A stretch of 63,391 nt of DNA, filler included, from Aduncisulcus paluster (GCA_024181965.1; 6 parts of 6 records of this genome joined end to end with filler, not necessarily neighbours in it); one strand, 5' to 3'. Positions 44,601 to 55,487 are shown, numbered from the whole stretch's first letter. The notes: generated by a model not told the origin, from the sequence alone. Program-made: numbers and translations.

Positions 44601-46785
44601 TCAATAACTTTGCATTTACAATTGATTCATCAGAACTTAGTTCAACAAATTCTTTAATAACAGATAAAACAGTGTTTCGGCAAGATAAAATGTTACGATA
44701 ACAGTTTTGAGTTTTGGAATACACTTGAGGAGTTTCACCATTGCATCGAGCAGTCAAATTCATCATTTCCCGTTTGAGGGATGTCATTTCCCTTTTATGC
44801 TTCAATTGCTCAGACTCAGAAGCCTGTTTGAGCTGAGATATCTTTGAAAGGAGAGAATCTATTTCAACTCTATGACTACTCTCCAATTCCTTCCGATATT
44901 GTTTCTCCTGTAATAAACATGACTGAGTTGCATCCAATCGATCTTTTTGTTCCACCATGGATCGTTTGGTACTATCAAGCTCAGTCTGGAGATTAGATAT
45001 TCTATTTTCTAAATTTGGAACAAAATCCCCCAACAAATCAAATATTTCTTTCCGTTTTTGTTCTCTTTCAATTATCAACTTCTTTTCCTTTTGGAGATCG
45101 ATCTCTTTCTTCTTCTCCTTTTCCAGATCAATAATGAACCGAATTGCATAGACTTTGACATTTTCTTGCTTTCCATCTACTCTGGCTTCAACATGAATAT
45201 CACATGAGATAACATCATCAAGATCAATTGGGAACAATTGCCAAGTGTATTTCCTTATGAAAGATTCATCGTTAATGTGATATTTCTTCACACATTTGGA
45301 TCCATCATTCTTGGTAAAAGTGATGAAAAAATCATCAATACTCTCAAAATCACAGAAAAAACTGAGATAAAGTGCTTTCAAATAATGCGATCTCACCAAG
45401 GGAAGGTGGAGGACAGGGAAGAAAGAAATAGATCCGCCTCCTTTAAGGAAAGTAACAAGATGATTGTGATTATATTCAGATTTAAGGATTCCTGTCGCTG
45501 TCTTTGTATCGATTTCACATACACAAGGATCTTGAATCGGGCAAGGACCTTTGAATACTCTTGTATGATCGAATTCAGCGTTTTCAAGCATTATTACACT
45601 ATTGATCCTTGTATCCTTCTCTTCCTCACATTCTTTATCTTCTTTCTCCCCATCATTATCATCTTCTTCTTCCATCTTCAAGAGTTTATGTGCGGAAAAG
45701 ATATGCTTCTTTTTTTTTGGCCCAGAAAAAAACTTCGGAGCAGCAAAAAGCCATAGAAATCCTAGAGTTTTCCCATTGCAACTCAAGATAGACATATCAC
45801 ACGAGATAATATTTTCAATTCCTACTGGAAATTTCTGCCAAAAATAGTGCTTTGTGTCCGTTTTAAATGTCTGCATTTGGTATTTTTTCAAGGTTTGATG
45901 ACCATCATATGTTGTGAAAAGTATATCAAAATGTCTTATTCCAAGACGAGAAGTATCATCACAGATGTAAAATTCACTAATATATCTCGAAAATATAAAT
46001 GGAATATGAAGGTAAGTAGACAAACTGACCCGTAAATTAGTCTTTCCAGAAATAAAATTCTTGGCATTCTTAATAGTCTTTGAATCATTCTTCATATTGG
46101 CGAGATCAATCATAACAACATCGTGACAAGCAGTTGAGGGTGGTCCTTCCCGAAAATCTGGTTTGTTTGAGCCATAATCCGCCATAATTTCCCCAACTAT
46201 CCTTTCATCATCAGCTCTTTGTCCAGTCAACACACTTTCAAATACAAAACAATCCCTGACTTCATCCTCGGTCACATGCGGATCACCAGCTCCGGGAGTA
46301 AGAAAACGAATTCCCCATAGATTAGGATTCTCTTGTAATCCATCAAATGATGACACGACATGGAAATCACAGGAAACTATTTTGGCCACCTCAATATCAA
46401 TTGGGAATGACTGCCAGTAATAGTGATCTGTTTGTCTAGATCCATTTTCATATTTACGAAGGATTTTTAGACCATGTTCAGTACAAAATTCAATGTTGAA
46501 TTCCTTGATTCCTTCCGGCTTACTATGTAAACAAAGCCAAAATCGTGATAGAACCTGTGGAGTGACAAAGGGAAGATGAAGAGTGGGGAAAAAAGACAAA
46601 TTGGCCTTGTCTTCGAGAAAATTCTGTAAAAGTAATTGGTTTAAGCCATAAAAACAATCACCATGAATATTCAAAGGATCAATTTGTGAGACATGTGGAT
46701 GACCTCTCGAAAAAGGCCCGCTTGAAGCAGAATGTTCACTTCTATATACTCCAAAGTCCATCTCTATTTTTCCACGAATTCGCAT
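41614..46785 (-). CDS. Large Ser/Thr-type protein kinase with three N-terminal lineage-specific repeat domains and coiled coils
   Basis: VILK, HCDLKPQN, DFE, GTRSFIAPE, SDMFSFG, DRPSA. The N-terminal repeats share the LHLP..K..YL..F...K.Y..WQ.FPID...ISCD motif with 734-1873. Confidence 0.9.
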   Translation of the reverse strand: MRIRGKIEMDFGVYRSEHSASSGPFSRGHPHVSQIDPLNIHGDCFYGLNQLLLQNFLEDKANLSFFPTLHLPFVTPQVLSRFWLCLHSKPEGIKEFNIEFCTEHGLKILRKYENGSRQTDHYYWQSFPIDIEVAKIVSCDFHVVSSFDGLQENPNLWGIRFLTPGAGDPHVTEDEVRDCFVFESVLTGQRADDERIVGEIMADYGSNKPDFREGPPSTACHDVVMIDLANMKNDSKTIKNAKNFISGKTNLRVSLSTYLHIPFIFSRYISEFYICDDTSRLGIRHFDILFTTYDGHQTLKKYQMQTFKTDTKHYFWQKFPVGIENIISCDMSILSCNGKTLGFLWLFAAPKFFSGPKKKKHIFSAHKLLKMEEEDDNDGEKEDKECEEEKDTRINSVIMLENAEFDHTRVFKGPCPIQDPCVCEIDTKTATGILKSEYNHNHLVTFLKGGGSISFFPVLHLPLVRSHYLKALYLSFFCDFESIDDFFITFTKNDGSKCVKKYHINDESFIRKYTWQLFPIDLDDVISCDIHVEARVDGKQENVKVYAIRFIIDLEKEKKKEIDLQKEKKLIIEREQKRKEIFDLLGDFVPNLENRISNLQTELDSTKRSMVEQKDRLDATQSCLLQEKQYRKELESSHRVEIDSLLSKISQLKQASESEQLKHKREMTSLKREMMNLTARCNGETPQVYSKTQNCYRNILSCRNTVLSVIKEFVELSSDESIVNAKLLTSSAEFSKEFDVNLNILRLGGIMKKCLQGSGRLCSIDCPPDNIHTLIQLIFPSQLEDGSCDLLADSEHGISPHSVISECISSVPCIPSVSSIMNRIHKLESLGTLVSKKVATDLVQKVIEFGDGCIQAIVPCLSTLLTGDPLSCPTPSALLMKEIKISPELMQSIQQFVSSSSKFHSSSVGFNRISSSNGLDFRRFEMEGWSSDISSFCDSVTDLLDSFGCSSIDIKKPGTTDEGIEIDRDLKDIDSDDSCLSNNVFDSLSKMVCSTMFTSTSPSSKISTSSMATPRVSVFDSSANSSSSISAIHTRLTCILGKKLASSSKSKILGFDVKYSNTMTSLYSSLFKLYQLISIHVSKCVSQGSSTDSIMSSLQCRVEGKKCDDAFIKNASLIDAEEHVEKQCDDESACLNDLSKLLCLDGVFMCSCAYPSDEFVAEDIISTLSSVLDMLSVYIAIVCEFHEALCLCVLRVHELRGYLPSVREVENSEVELEGINNEMDVLKRLMRKNRIKLNGVHEDVSTQELRLSRLRSSVPGASSSSFDRISDSSLSDEIPKNIFEFDIIDSVEIAEPDTEDSILKNISLMKKNVQLYEKNISGIRKEMKKRYLRCVTLQLHANILASVGFTIPTQLDISSSTLSPISKQPDGIGDIASQGGDSPMPVIFSSGVALGMFQNISELRGGAPLDICQQDDCIQTSFLNAGNIFTAEWDRSIEEGTQKDKVRGGAPLDICQQDDCIQTSFLNAGNIFTAEWDRSIEEGTQKDKETTKMKVILKFFDLPISKTSEGSHLPKSYRNLIRSAFSARIYRGCPYIVPLLCVFYDEHVFNISKSGAYLVFPYYSRGDMTTWITRFSPSVASVQKVLKCILHALSFLHQRHIVHCDLKPQNVLIDDQGNGLLCDFEGAADCGERSIGLLSQTMRIGTRSFIAPEIELEFKQHRHPHPSPASDMFSFGILVRGVFDILKDVSMPEEVCSICDACASPSPQDRPSAIQILGQKWFL
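42321..42578. repeat. Exact in-frame 129-bp tandem duplication in the kinase N-lobe
   Basis: 42321-42449 equals 42450-42578 (43 codons). Confidence 0.85.
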
Positions 46786-46964
46786 CTTATATTAATATTA
46801 TTAACAGCAAAGAAAACAGTCTGAAACATGAATCGTCATCTAAAATCCGAATAAGTAAATAATTATCAACGAAAATTCCCAATTCGTAAAACAAAAATAC
46901 AATAATTCAAAAATATAAAGAAATATTCCCCGTCAAACGTCTATTTATTTCACTTGGATGGACA

Positions 46965-48338
46965 TTACCATCTTTTACCTGTAATCTGATATATCCAATC
47001 AGAACCCAATTTGTTTTCTAAATACTTAAAATATTTCGCAACTTTTGAGTTTGCAGAAGTCTCATTATGCAAGATTCGTAGCACAGGAGCATTTCTCTTA
47101 AGGAATCGAGGATATCTCGTTGGATATTCGGAACAATATAGCACAAACCGTACAGGATCTATCGAAGATTTCAGCAGTTCAATGGCACGGGTTGATTCAG
47201 ATGATGGAGTGATAAAAGAAAACTCTTTCGTGCTGGGTGGCACACCATCGGCCGTTTCATGTCCACTTCCAGCCTTATCTTCCAAATGTATTACTGTATC
47301 ATCCAAAGATCCACTTTTATCAGCATCTTTTGGGTAAAAACCAAGTTTAGCCACATCAGTTGCAAACGAAACATCATCCACCTTATCCTGAATATCACCA
47401 GGCAATAATCCATACTTCCTCTCCCTTTCAACTCTTACTTTCTCACCGTTTTTATCCAAAATATAATAACAGAACTTCTTCTCATCAAGCTCTTCCTCAT
47501 CTTTGAGCTCTTCTTTTGATGTGGGAGAAGAGCAATCATCTACCGAAGATCTGGATCGAAGAGGTCCATCAAGGAGATATAAATACTTTGTTGAGGGACA
47601 CTCACCACATCTGACCCGATCAAGGCGATCCGCACAGGCAAGAATAGCAAAGATGGGAGGGACATGAGCAAAATCACGATGAAACCGGCCAGAAGGATGC
47701 ATCTTCTTATCAACTGCTTTACAATGATAAATACACGCAAATTCTATCTCTGAAATAATTTTGGAATCGAAACGAAGGGATAAATATGAAGGAAAAGTAC
47801 CTCCACTTCCAAGGTCCCCTTCAGCCTTAGAAAGATATGAAGGCTTCTTGAAATCATATCTTTTATGAATATATTCTAAAAATAACATACTTCCCCGCTT
47901 TCCATGAGTTGTGTCCCTTGAATCATCAACTCGGCTAATATCATGAAATAAAGCAGCAGTAAGAACAGCCAATTGCATAGTTGAAAGCTTATTTAGATGT
48001 ACAGCCCTTGGATATATTGCCGGATCTGGAAAAGCTCTAGAATCGAGATAATCACAATGACGTTGAATTCGTTGATTAGAATATAAAAGAATAAACATAG
48101 ACAAAGTTCCGACCCTTTTCCAATGCGAAAATCCGTGCATATATGAAGTATAATGCGCTAATGGAGCACATTTTTTTTTTTTCAGATACTCCTTTGCACT
48201 TGCAACAAAATCAATAACATCACAAAATAAATGGTAGAATGGTGTGGATATCAGCTTATTAATTCGAAATAACTCCCCAACAAGTTCGTCAGCATCAGAA
48301 GTTGAATAATCAATCAATTTTCCTTTTGTATCTTTCAT
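46965..48338 (-). CDS. HD-domain metal-dependent phosphohydrolase, bacterial-type
   Basis: HGFSHWKRV..AALFHDISRVDD.RD..HGKRG..ACIYH..CADRLDRVR (H-HD-D metal ligands). Confidence 0.85.
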   Translation of the reverse strand: MKDTKGKLIDYSTSDADELVGELFRINKLISTPFYHLFCDVIDFVASAKEYLKKKKCAPLAHYTSYMHGFSHWKRVGTLSMFILLYSNQRIQRHCDYLDSRAFPDPAIYPRAVHLNKLSTMQLAVLTAALFHDISRVDDSRDTTHGKRGSMLFLEYIHKRYDFKKPSYLSKAEGDLGSGGTFPSYLSLRFDSKIISEIEFACIYHCKAVDKKMHPSGRFHRDFAHVPPIFAILACADRLDRVRCGECPSTKYLYLLDGPLRSRSSVDDCSSPTSKEELKDEEELDEKKFCYYILDKNGEKVRVERERKYGLLPGDIQDKVDDVSFATDVAKLGFYPKDADKSGSLDDTVIHLEDKAGSGHETADGVPPSTKEFSFITPSSESTRAIELLKSSIDPVRFVLYCSEYPTRYPRFLKRNAPVLRILHNETSANSKVAKYFKYLENKLGSDWIYQITGKRW

Positions 48339-48427
48339 ATTATCAGTTTAATTATGTATACTTATTGAAAATAGAAATAATAATAAAAATTTATGTTAAT
48401 TGATTTGTGATTTGTGCCAAACATCAT

Positions 48428-48696
48428 AAAAAAGGCCGTACGTCTCCGTTTGACGTCTTCCACCGAGTATCTTTTTTTCCGGCTAGCATTTGCTGCTCAC
48501 CACTCCTGTCCTTTTGGACTTTGAGAGCTTGGTCTCACTCCACTTGTGTGATAGTGTTACTAAGGAATATGATCCTTCGCGGATTTTGGTCTCGTGACCC
48601 GTTCTTTATAGAATCGACAGTTTTGTGCACATCCGGACTCGAACCCGGGTCTTCAGTTAGCTACTCTGGAGACTTACCATCGACCTACAAAAGGCC
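48428..48696 (-). ncRNA. tRNA-headed Pol III-type RNA or SINE (~270 nt)
   Basis: A box TAGGTCGATGG (48677-48687), B box GGTTCGAGTCC (48635-48645), a hairpin-rich body and a T6 terminator; GGCCTTTT at both ends. Confidence 0.65.
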
Positions 48697-49139
48697 TAAT
48701 AGTAAAAAACGTAATTATAATATAATGTTCGAAAATTTTAAATCAATCATTGGGTTCCGGAAACAAAATGACGTTGTCAAAAATAAAATATAATAATTTA
48801 TATAGATAGAATAATCTTTATTGAAATACTTTGTCCTTGCATAAAGCTTTGTTGTCAAGCAAGATCATGTCAAAAATCATCATATTAATCACCGTTCAGA
48901 GATATTTTGAAACATTCCAAGANNNNNNNNNNNNNNNNNNNNCAACAAAAGGTTCACATTGGGTTCCGGAAACAAAATGACGTTGTCAAAAATAAAATAT
49001 AATAATTTATATAGATAGAATAATCTTTATTGAAATACTTTGTCCTTGCATAAAGCTTTGTTGTCAAGCAAGATCATGTCAAAAATCATCATATTAATCA
49101 CCCAAAATTGCAGTATATCAAAGCCAGATTTGAGTACAA

Positions 49140-50059
49140 ATGGAGCATATTTTTAGCTATTTAAGTAATGCTAAAAGAGGAAAAAGATATGTCTGGGAGA
49201 TATATCGAGAGGTAGTTGGTGGGTTAACCAAAGAGAAAAAGAAGAAAATATTGAAACATTTGAAACGAAACATAGAAGAAAATTTTCGGTTTCCAAAAGG
49301 AGAAGAGAGCTCTTACATTCGATGCATTAGGTGTAAAACCAATTTAAAGACTCTAGCTTCTCTTTCTTATCACATAATTTCCCTACATCATAATCTTAAA
49401 TGCCAGAGAATCGTTCAACAGAAAAAACAAGAAAAGACAACTAAAAAGCGGAGATATCGAGAACAGGCTGTTGAAAATGCAATTATAGCTGGCATTCCAA
49501 TACCAGCCCTCATAAAATTATTAGACGTTAAACTTTTTGGACTGATCCAAAATCTCTCAGAGTTTGTTCCTCTGAAAAAGACAACATGCTATGATTTATC
49601 TCATTCTATTTCAAGGAGAAAGGTTATAGATATTAGAAAATATGCCCTATCTGGGATGTATTCGGTCATTCTGGACAAAAGTTGTCATCGGGGTAAAAAC
49701 ATTCTCGCTATTATGGCTTACTCAGAAAAAGGCACCTTCGCCGTTGGTTATGTGGACCTAGCTATTAAAAAACAAGCCACTATGAAAGAATCTTTCGAAG
49801 GTCAATTGAGAAAGGCCTACCAGACTCAATATGCTGCTCATCAAAGAGCCTTAAAGGAATCAGGAGAGGCGTGCGAAGATGATTCAACCACTACTCCTAC
49901 AAGTTGTTCAATACTATTCATTATGCGGCATATACTACCAATATTAGCGCCCTGCATTGATGAGATCAAGGATGATCTTCCTCGACCGAAAGACAGTATT
50001 GTCCGACTTCTTAAAAACGAATTTAGAGAAATAGGTATCAAAAAAAGAAACATTGTTTC
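49140..50059 (+). mobile_element. hAT-like/CGGBP1-like transposase N-terminal part (truncated)
   Basis: C2H2 finger CIRC..LSYHIISLH, AGIP motif, and first DDE Asp in YSVILDKS..GKNILAIM. Confidence 0.6.
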
Positions 50060-50159
50060 NNNNNNNNNNNNNNNNNNNNNNNNNNNNNNNNNNNNNNNNN
50101 NNNTTAATTAATTAANNNNNNNNNNNNNNNNNNNNNNNNNNNNNNNNNNNNNNNNNNNN
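50060..50159. other. Artificial contig linker
   Basis: N44-TTAATTAATTAA-N44. Confidence 0.97.
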
Positions 50160-50499
50160 CCTTGAGTTTCTTGAAGGCTCCCTCCTGTGGTTCCTTCCAC
50201 ACGAAGCTCTTCTGTTTTGCTGTCATCTCGATAAGCGGTGACGCGATTGTGGCGTAGTTCCGTATGAACTGCCTAAAGTATCCCAAGAACCCCAGTAAAG
50301 TCTTCAATTGTTTCTTGTTTGTGGGGTGTTTTAAATCTCTGATTCCCTGAAGTCTGGACTCAGCAATAGTCTGTCCTTTTTCGCTTAGTTCCATCCCCAG
50401 ATATTCTATTTTCTTCGCACCTATGACACACTTCTTCGCCTTGAGGCGGAGATTGAGGTTGTTTAGTCTGTCGAAAACTTGTCGTAACTTCTCTACCAA
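50160..50499 (-). mobile_element. Ty3/gypsy reverse transcriptase C-terminal fragment
   Basis: LRLKAKKC..IEYLG..LGFLGYFRQFIRNYA.IASPL..FVW. Confidence 0.9.
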
Positions 50500-50928
50500 T
50501 TGTTCCAGGCTGTTTTGACAATGTCTTTTTCTCGACCCATTCCCAGATTTTTTTTTGCAAAGGCTGATATAATATCACCTGGAATATCCGAAGACAATAA
50601 GTCCCATAATAATCGAGTTCGATCTTCTGGTGTAAGTGTTTTCCCGGAAAATTTGTTTTCCTGTAAGGCCGCAGCTTTTTCCGTTAAGGATAAAGTGATT
50701 TTTGGATAAGACATTTTGTTTTGTGTTATGGTAAAATATTATTTTGCCTGATTGTTTTTAGTATAATAATTTAAGAAAAAATTGGTCAATTTCTTCTCGA
50801 ATGATAGTTAAGAATTTAAATTCTGTAATAAGGCCAACTCAAACAATGTTGCTGTGAGCAAGTTTATTCGTTATGATCGATTGTTCAAGGGGGTCAAGTT
50901 CCCTGCATACAACTTCCCCTGACAATTT

Positions 50929-51490
50929 TGTAGTAATCCAAATCTGTGGATATGTTGGCATCATCACCCAGCGAAATATCAAAATAAAATAAAAGAAAAG
51001 AAATAAAACGAAATAATAATAAAGGTATTTTTTTATAAAGATAATATTATTGTGTCCATTTCCGCCACAACAGATCATGCTCACAAGTTTACACATCCCA
51101 CTCCATCTGGGAGACTTCAAGGACAACAATGATACGTGATACGTACACATACGAGAGAGTTCAACTTGATTATATGGCCATCGTCCAGGACAGGCGACAC
51201 TGCTACCGGTTGAAGTCGGACATTGACAGTTTTCAAGGGACATGTAGTAATCACTAGGTATTTTAATAGGTTGTAGTAATCCAAATCTGTGGATATCGGA
51301 ACGTCAAGAACTTTACTTTTGAAAAATATAAAAATATGACTAAAAATAGAAAACAATTGATGTTGGCATCACCCAGCGAAGTATCAAAATAAAATAAAAT
51401 AAAACAAATAAAACGAAATAATAGTTAAAAGAGTATTTTTTTTACAGAAAAGAATATTATAATTGTGGCTGTTTCCGCCAACAACAGGCC
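50929..51490. repeat. Diverged ~130-bp direct repeats, probably LTR remnants
   Basis: gttggcatc..cccagcgaa.tatcaaaataaaataaaa..ttccgcca.aacag at ~50954 and ~51362; gtagtaatccaaatctgtggatat occurs twice. Confidence 0.55.
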
Positions 51491-52470
51491 CAATACAATC
51501 CGAAAGCCTCCTGTTAGATAGTTGGCCAGTTCGATCTCGCTGGTTAAATTTCCTGCTAGCATATGTAATAGTCTTCTCCGTATCACCCTCCACCCGTTTC
51601 AAGACATCACCTACTCCCACCTTTGAAGCATCGGTATACACTCTTAAAGGGAGTTTTGGATCATATAACCACCTTATATTTGCGTTCTCCACCTCATACT
51701 TCAAGCGATTGAACGAATTTNNNNNNNNNNNNNNNNNNNNTAGTCTTCTCCGTATCACCCTCCACCCGTTTCAAGACATCACCTACTCCCACCTTTGAAG
51801 CATCGGTATACACTCTTAAAGGGAGTTTTGGATCATATAACCACCTTATATTTGCGTTCTCCACCTCATACTTCAAGCGATTGAACGAATTTTCTCTCCA
51901 CTCGTAGACACTCCATGGTACAGCGAAAGTGGACAACTTCTTGCTTCCTTTTGCCATGGCAATATTATGGTAGCCGTTCTTCAGGTCAATTTGACTAAAA
52001 TACTTCGCTTTCTGCAGCCTTTGATGATCTTTCTTTGCGAACTCTTACGGCGCGAATGGTATGGGATATATTTGTTGTCTCATCGGAACGTCTCCTTCTG
52101 ACTTCAACTTTATCTCGAATTCTTCCACGTCTGTTTTCGTTATATCCACACTTTCAAAATACTCCAACAGTACTTGCGTTAATTCCTTCTTGACTTCGTC
52201 TGCTATGTTGGCTTCTATCTCCTCCTTTTTCGGGAGATCTCTAATCTGGACTCCAAAGTCTTCTGGATCGATACTATTACAACTTATTCTTTTTAATAGA
52301 TCGTGTTTCAGGCAGGTGTCTCTTTTTAAAATCAATAGCTGTTGATTCTTACCTCTATTTCCGACCACCAGACATTCTTCTTTCAACACAATCGTTTCTT
52401 TCGCCACATTTTCCATTGTTATGACCACATCTGTCATAAACTTGATGATCCTTTCTGATCCATCTGCCAA
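51490..52470 (-). pseudogene. Degenerate gypsy pol fragments (protease end, RT, RNase H)
   Basis: YFS.IDLKNGYH, PLRVYTDASKVGVG..YASRKF; internal deletions and frameshifts; duplication across the 51721-51740 gap. Confidence 0.8.
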
Positions 52471-54496
52471 AGAGTTCGATCGTATAGTCGAATTCGGACA
52501 TGAATGTTCTCCATCTGATGACTTTTGCTGATGTAGCTGAGGCCAGGAATATCAAATTCTTGTGGTCAGTTCTTATTATGAAGTGTACCCCTCTAAGGTA
52601 TTGTTCGCAACGATCGACACAGTACTTTATCGCGAACATCTCTTTTTCGTTGGTAGTCCAGCGTCTCTCGGTTGCTGTCAGTGTTCTGCTGATGAAACAG
52701 ATTGTCCTTTGTTCTTCTCCAATTTCTTGAAGCAGAATGCCCCCTACACCCACGTCCGAAGCGTCGGTTTGTAGGTAGATTGGATGGGCATAGTCGATGT
52801 GGGCGAGTATGGGTCTTGCAGTCAGTATTTGCTTGAGGGTGTTGTAGCTTTCTTCACAGGCCGGTGTCCAGTTGAAGTGTTTCGTCCGGAGCATAGCTTG
52901 AATTGGTTCGATAATCTCTGCGTACCCTTTGATGTACTTTTTATAATGGTTGAATAACCCGCAAATTTGTCTGATTCCCCTGATATTTGTGGGGTGTTTG
53001 AGCTCTAGGATGTCAGTAACGCGACTTCTGGCTACTCTAATTCCTTCTGAAGATATCTCACGTCCCAGGTATTCGAGCTTGTTTGCTCCGAATATGCACT
53101 TTGGACCCTTCACTCTGAGGTTTAGGTCCATGATTCGTTGCATCACTCTTGTGAGGTTTTCAATGAATTCAGGAATCGTTTTCCCAAAAATGACGATGTC
53201 ATCGATGAAAATGTGGCAACATTTTCCCCTCAAGTCTCTGAATGCTCGAGACATCTGCATCTGGAAGAAAGTTGGTGAGTTTTTGCATCCGAAAGGGATA
53301 CGAAGGAATTCGAATAGTCCTTCGTGTGTGACGAAAGCTGTCTTATGGATGGAGTCGTCCTTTACCTTTATCTGGTGGAAGCCTGAACGGAGGTCAAGTG
53401 TCGCGAACCATGAATAGTCGGCCAGCTGGCCAAGTATTTCCTCGACGAAAGGGATAGGGTATGGAAGTGGGCGTGTGTTCAAGTTCAGCAACGTATAATC
53501 AACGCACATTCTATATTCTCCTGTCCTCTTCTTTACAATAACAATCGGTGATGCGAAGTTACTCTCTGATGGTCTGATGATTCCAGCATCCAATAGTTCC
53601 TTGATCCTGTCAGAGACTATTTTTTTCATTGGTGGAGATAGATAACGTGCCTTGGAGGCCGTGAACTGGTCCTCATCTACCAAGTCGATATGAAAAGGTG
53701 GGAGTTTGGCACCTTCTTTTGGTAAGGTTTCCTCGAATACCACAGAGAATTTCTCTAGTGTTTCAAGGAGTTGCTTCTTGAATGAGCAATCGGTGCTTAT
53801 CAAGGCTCTTAGTTCCTCGTTTTGTGCTGGTGAGGATGTGGCTTTCTTCAGATCCCCTTTATCAAGGTTACTGTCAGTCGGTCTGCTGATGTTGAACTGT
53901 ATCAGGTTGTGGTTGAGGAGTGTATCTCTACCGATGATCACCTGGTCGTCACCCACGATAGCAGAAATGATAAATTCCAACGGTATGATCAAAGGTTTCC
54001 CTAGCGTTGCGGCTGGGAATGTGACCTTAATCTCTAGAGATTCGTCGGCTTTGGTTCTACTGTCTTTGCCATGGATTATCGTTACTGGGTTGTGTGATCG
54101 TTTCATTTCTGGACATAAACTTTGGATTTCATCGGCAAATGCCGGGCTGATTATGTTAAAACAGCTTCCTGTGTCTGCCAATGCCAAAGCATGCAACCTC
54201 TGACCGTCTGGAGTGTTTAATTGGATCGTGAAGTGGGCCGAATGCTGTTCTTTGATCCCTGTTTCCAATTGTTTGTGAGTACCCTCTCTTCTTGGCTTCC
54301 TTAGCTCCGGGTGTTGTACCCTACATTCAGCATCAGAGTGTCCGGCGCCATGTATTTTGCAGCGTTTTGCGGACCTCTCTGTGCTCGATTCCGTGTGGTC
54401 AGCCTGACCTTGTGTTGATCTTGCACCTTGTGTCTGGTCACGTGGCGATTCCTTGGGGTTCGATCCTCGAACTGTGACCTTAAAACGTGTCTCTGT
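52466..54496 (-). mobile_element. Ty3/gypsy pol (Zn knuckle, protease, RT, RNase H; integrase missing)
   Basis: CKIHGAGHSDAEC, ALADTGS, RMCVDY, LDLRSGFHQI, PFG, FIDDI, TDAS, E.FAI, TDHKNL. The frame is open from 54496; abrupt junction with another element near 52470. Confidence 0.93.
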
Positions 54497-55461
54497 TCAA
54501 GAAAATGGTGTCCAGTGTACAGGTAATCATATATATTATGATTTCCGCTTGCTTCCATAACAGATAGTTCTTCGCCCAGCCTCGTACTGACGGACGCTGC
54601 CTTTTGTACTAGATCCCTACATATGGCCGGAAGATATGGCCGGATTGCTGGTCCCGTGACCGTGAGTGCTTGCGTTATCTGAGCTGTGAATCGGTTCCAG
54701 CTCTCAAAGGTCAACGGAGAGAGAAGCTTTGCTCTGGTGAGTTGAAGGAAAGCTGCTTTCCCATCTCGTACACCTAGTTGCTTCTGTAAGAGTGGGAAAC
54801 CTGTCAAAGATTGTTGGTCGGGTGCTCTATACGCGAAGGCAAGCCTCCAGATGTCCGATTTAACACATCGCTCAATAGGGCATTTTCCACCTTGCATAAC
54901 ATATATCTGATATTGATCAATAAATTCTAAGAATGCTGATGGAGAGTATTTTGACATTAATGGAGGTTTCAGACCTCTATCAGAATCTATCGTGGTGGGG
55001 CTGGATGAGCTGATAAAGGCTCCATTAAAGGGGCAATATGTTGTTTTTGACATGATGGTGGGCCTACTACCTTGTATTGGTAATGGTTTCCACGATGAGA
55101 ATAGTACTTCGTCTTCGGAATGATCTTTTTGTTCACTCTGCAAGAATGTATCGTCCGTGACAAAGGTTTTGGGAAGTCCTGCTGGCTTCCAAGAAGGATT
55201 AAATGTACTAGATGTGTGAGAAATTGGGGCTTTATGATCTGGGTGAAAGTCGGTTTGTTCAGTGATTAAATGCTTCCCTAGCTGACTCCTAACTGCCGGA
55301 ATATCGCTGACAATGATGGGGGAATCCGATTCAGTTGAAGACGAATCGCCCAAATCATCTTTTCCTTCTCTTTTTGTTTCTTGGAAACGAACCCTCTTTT
55401 TGTTGCCAATCATGACTACTGGGGTTTCATATTCTTGTGCTAGAGCTGAGTTTAGCTGCAT
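54301..55461 (-). mobile_element. Gag of the Ty3/gypsy element
   Basis: 386-aa ORF between a putative LTR and pol, overlapping the pol frame by ~195 nt. Confidence 0.75.
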
Positions 55462-55487
55462 AGAGTTTGTTTTGTTGAGATTTTAGA

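Noticed and set aside
48625..48696. Functional tRNA gene
   Set aside because: Acceptor, anticodon and T stems do not pair properly; only the promoter boxes are intact.
48750..49101. Duplicated ~140-bp segment and a 29-bp piece matching 42579-42607
   Set aside because: Gap-flank overlap and misjoin.
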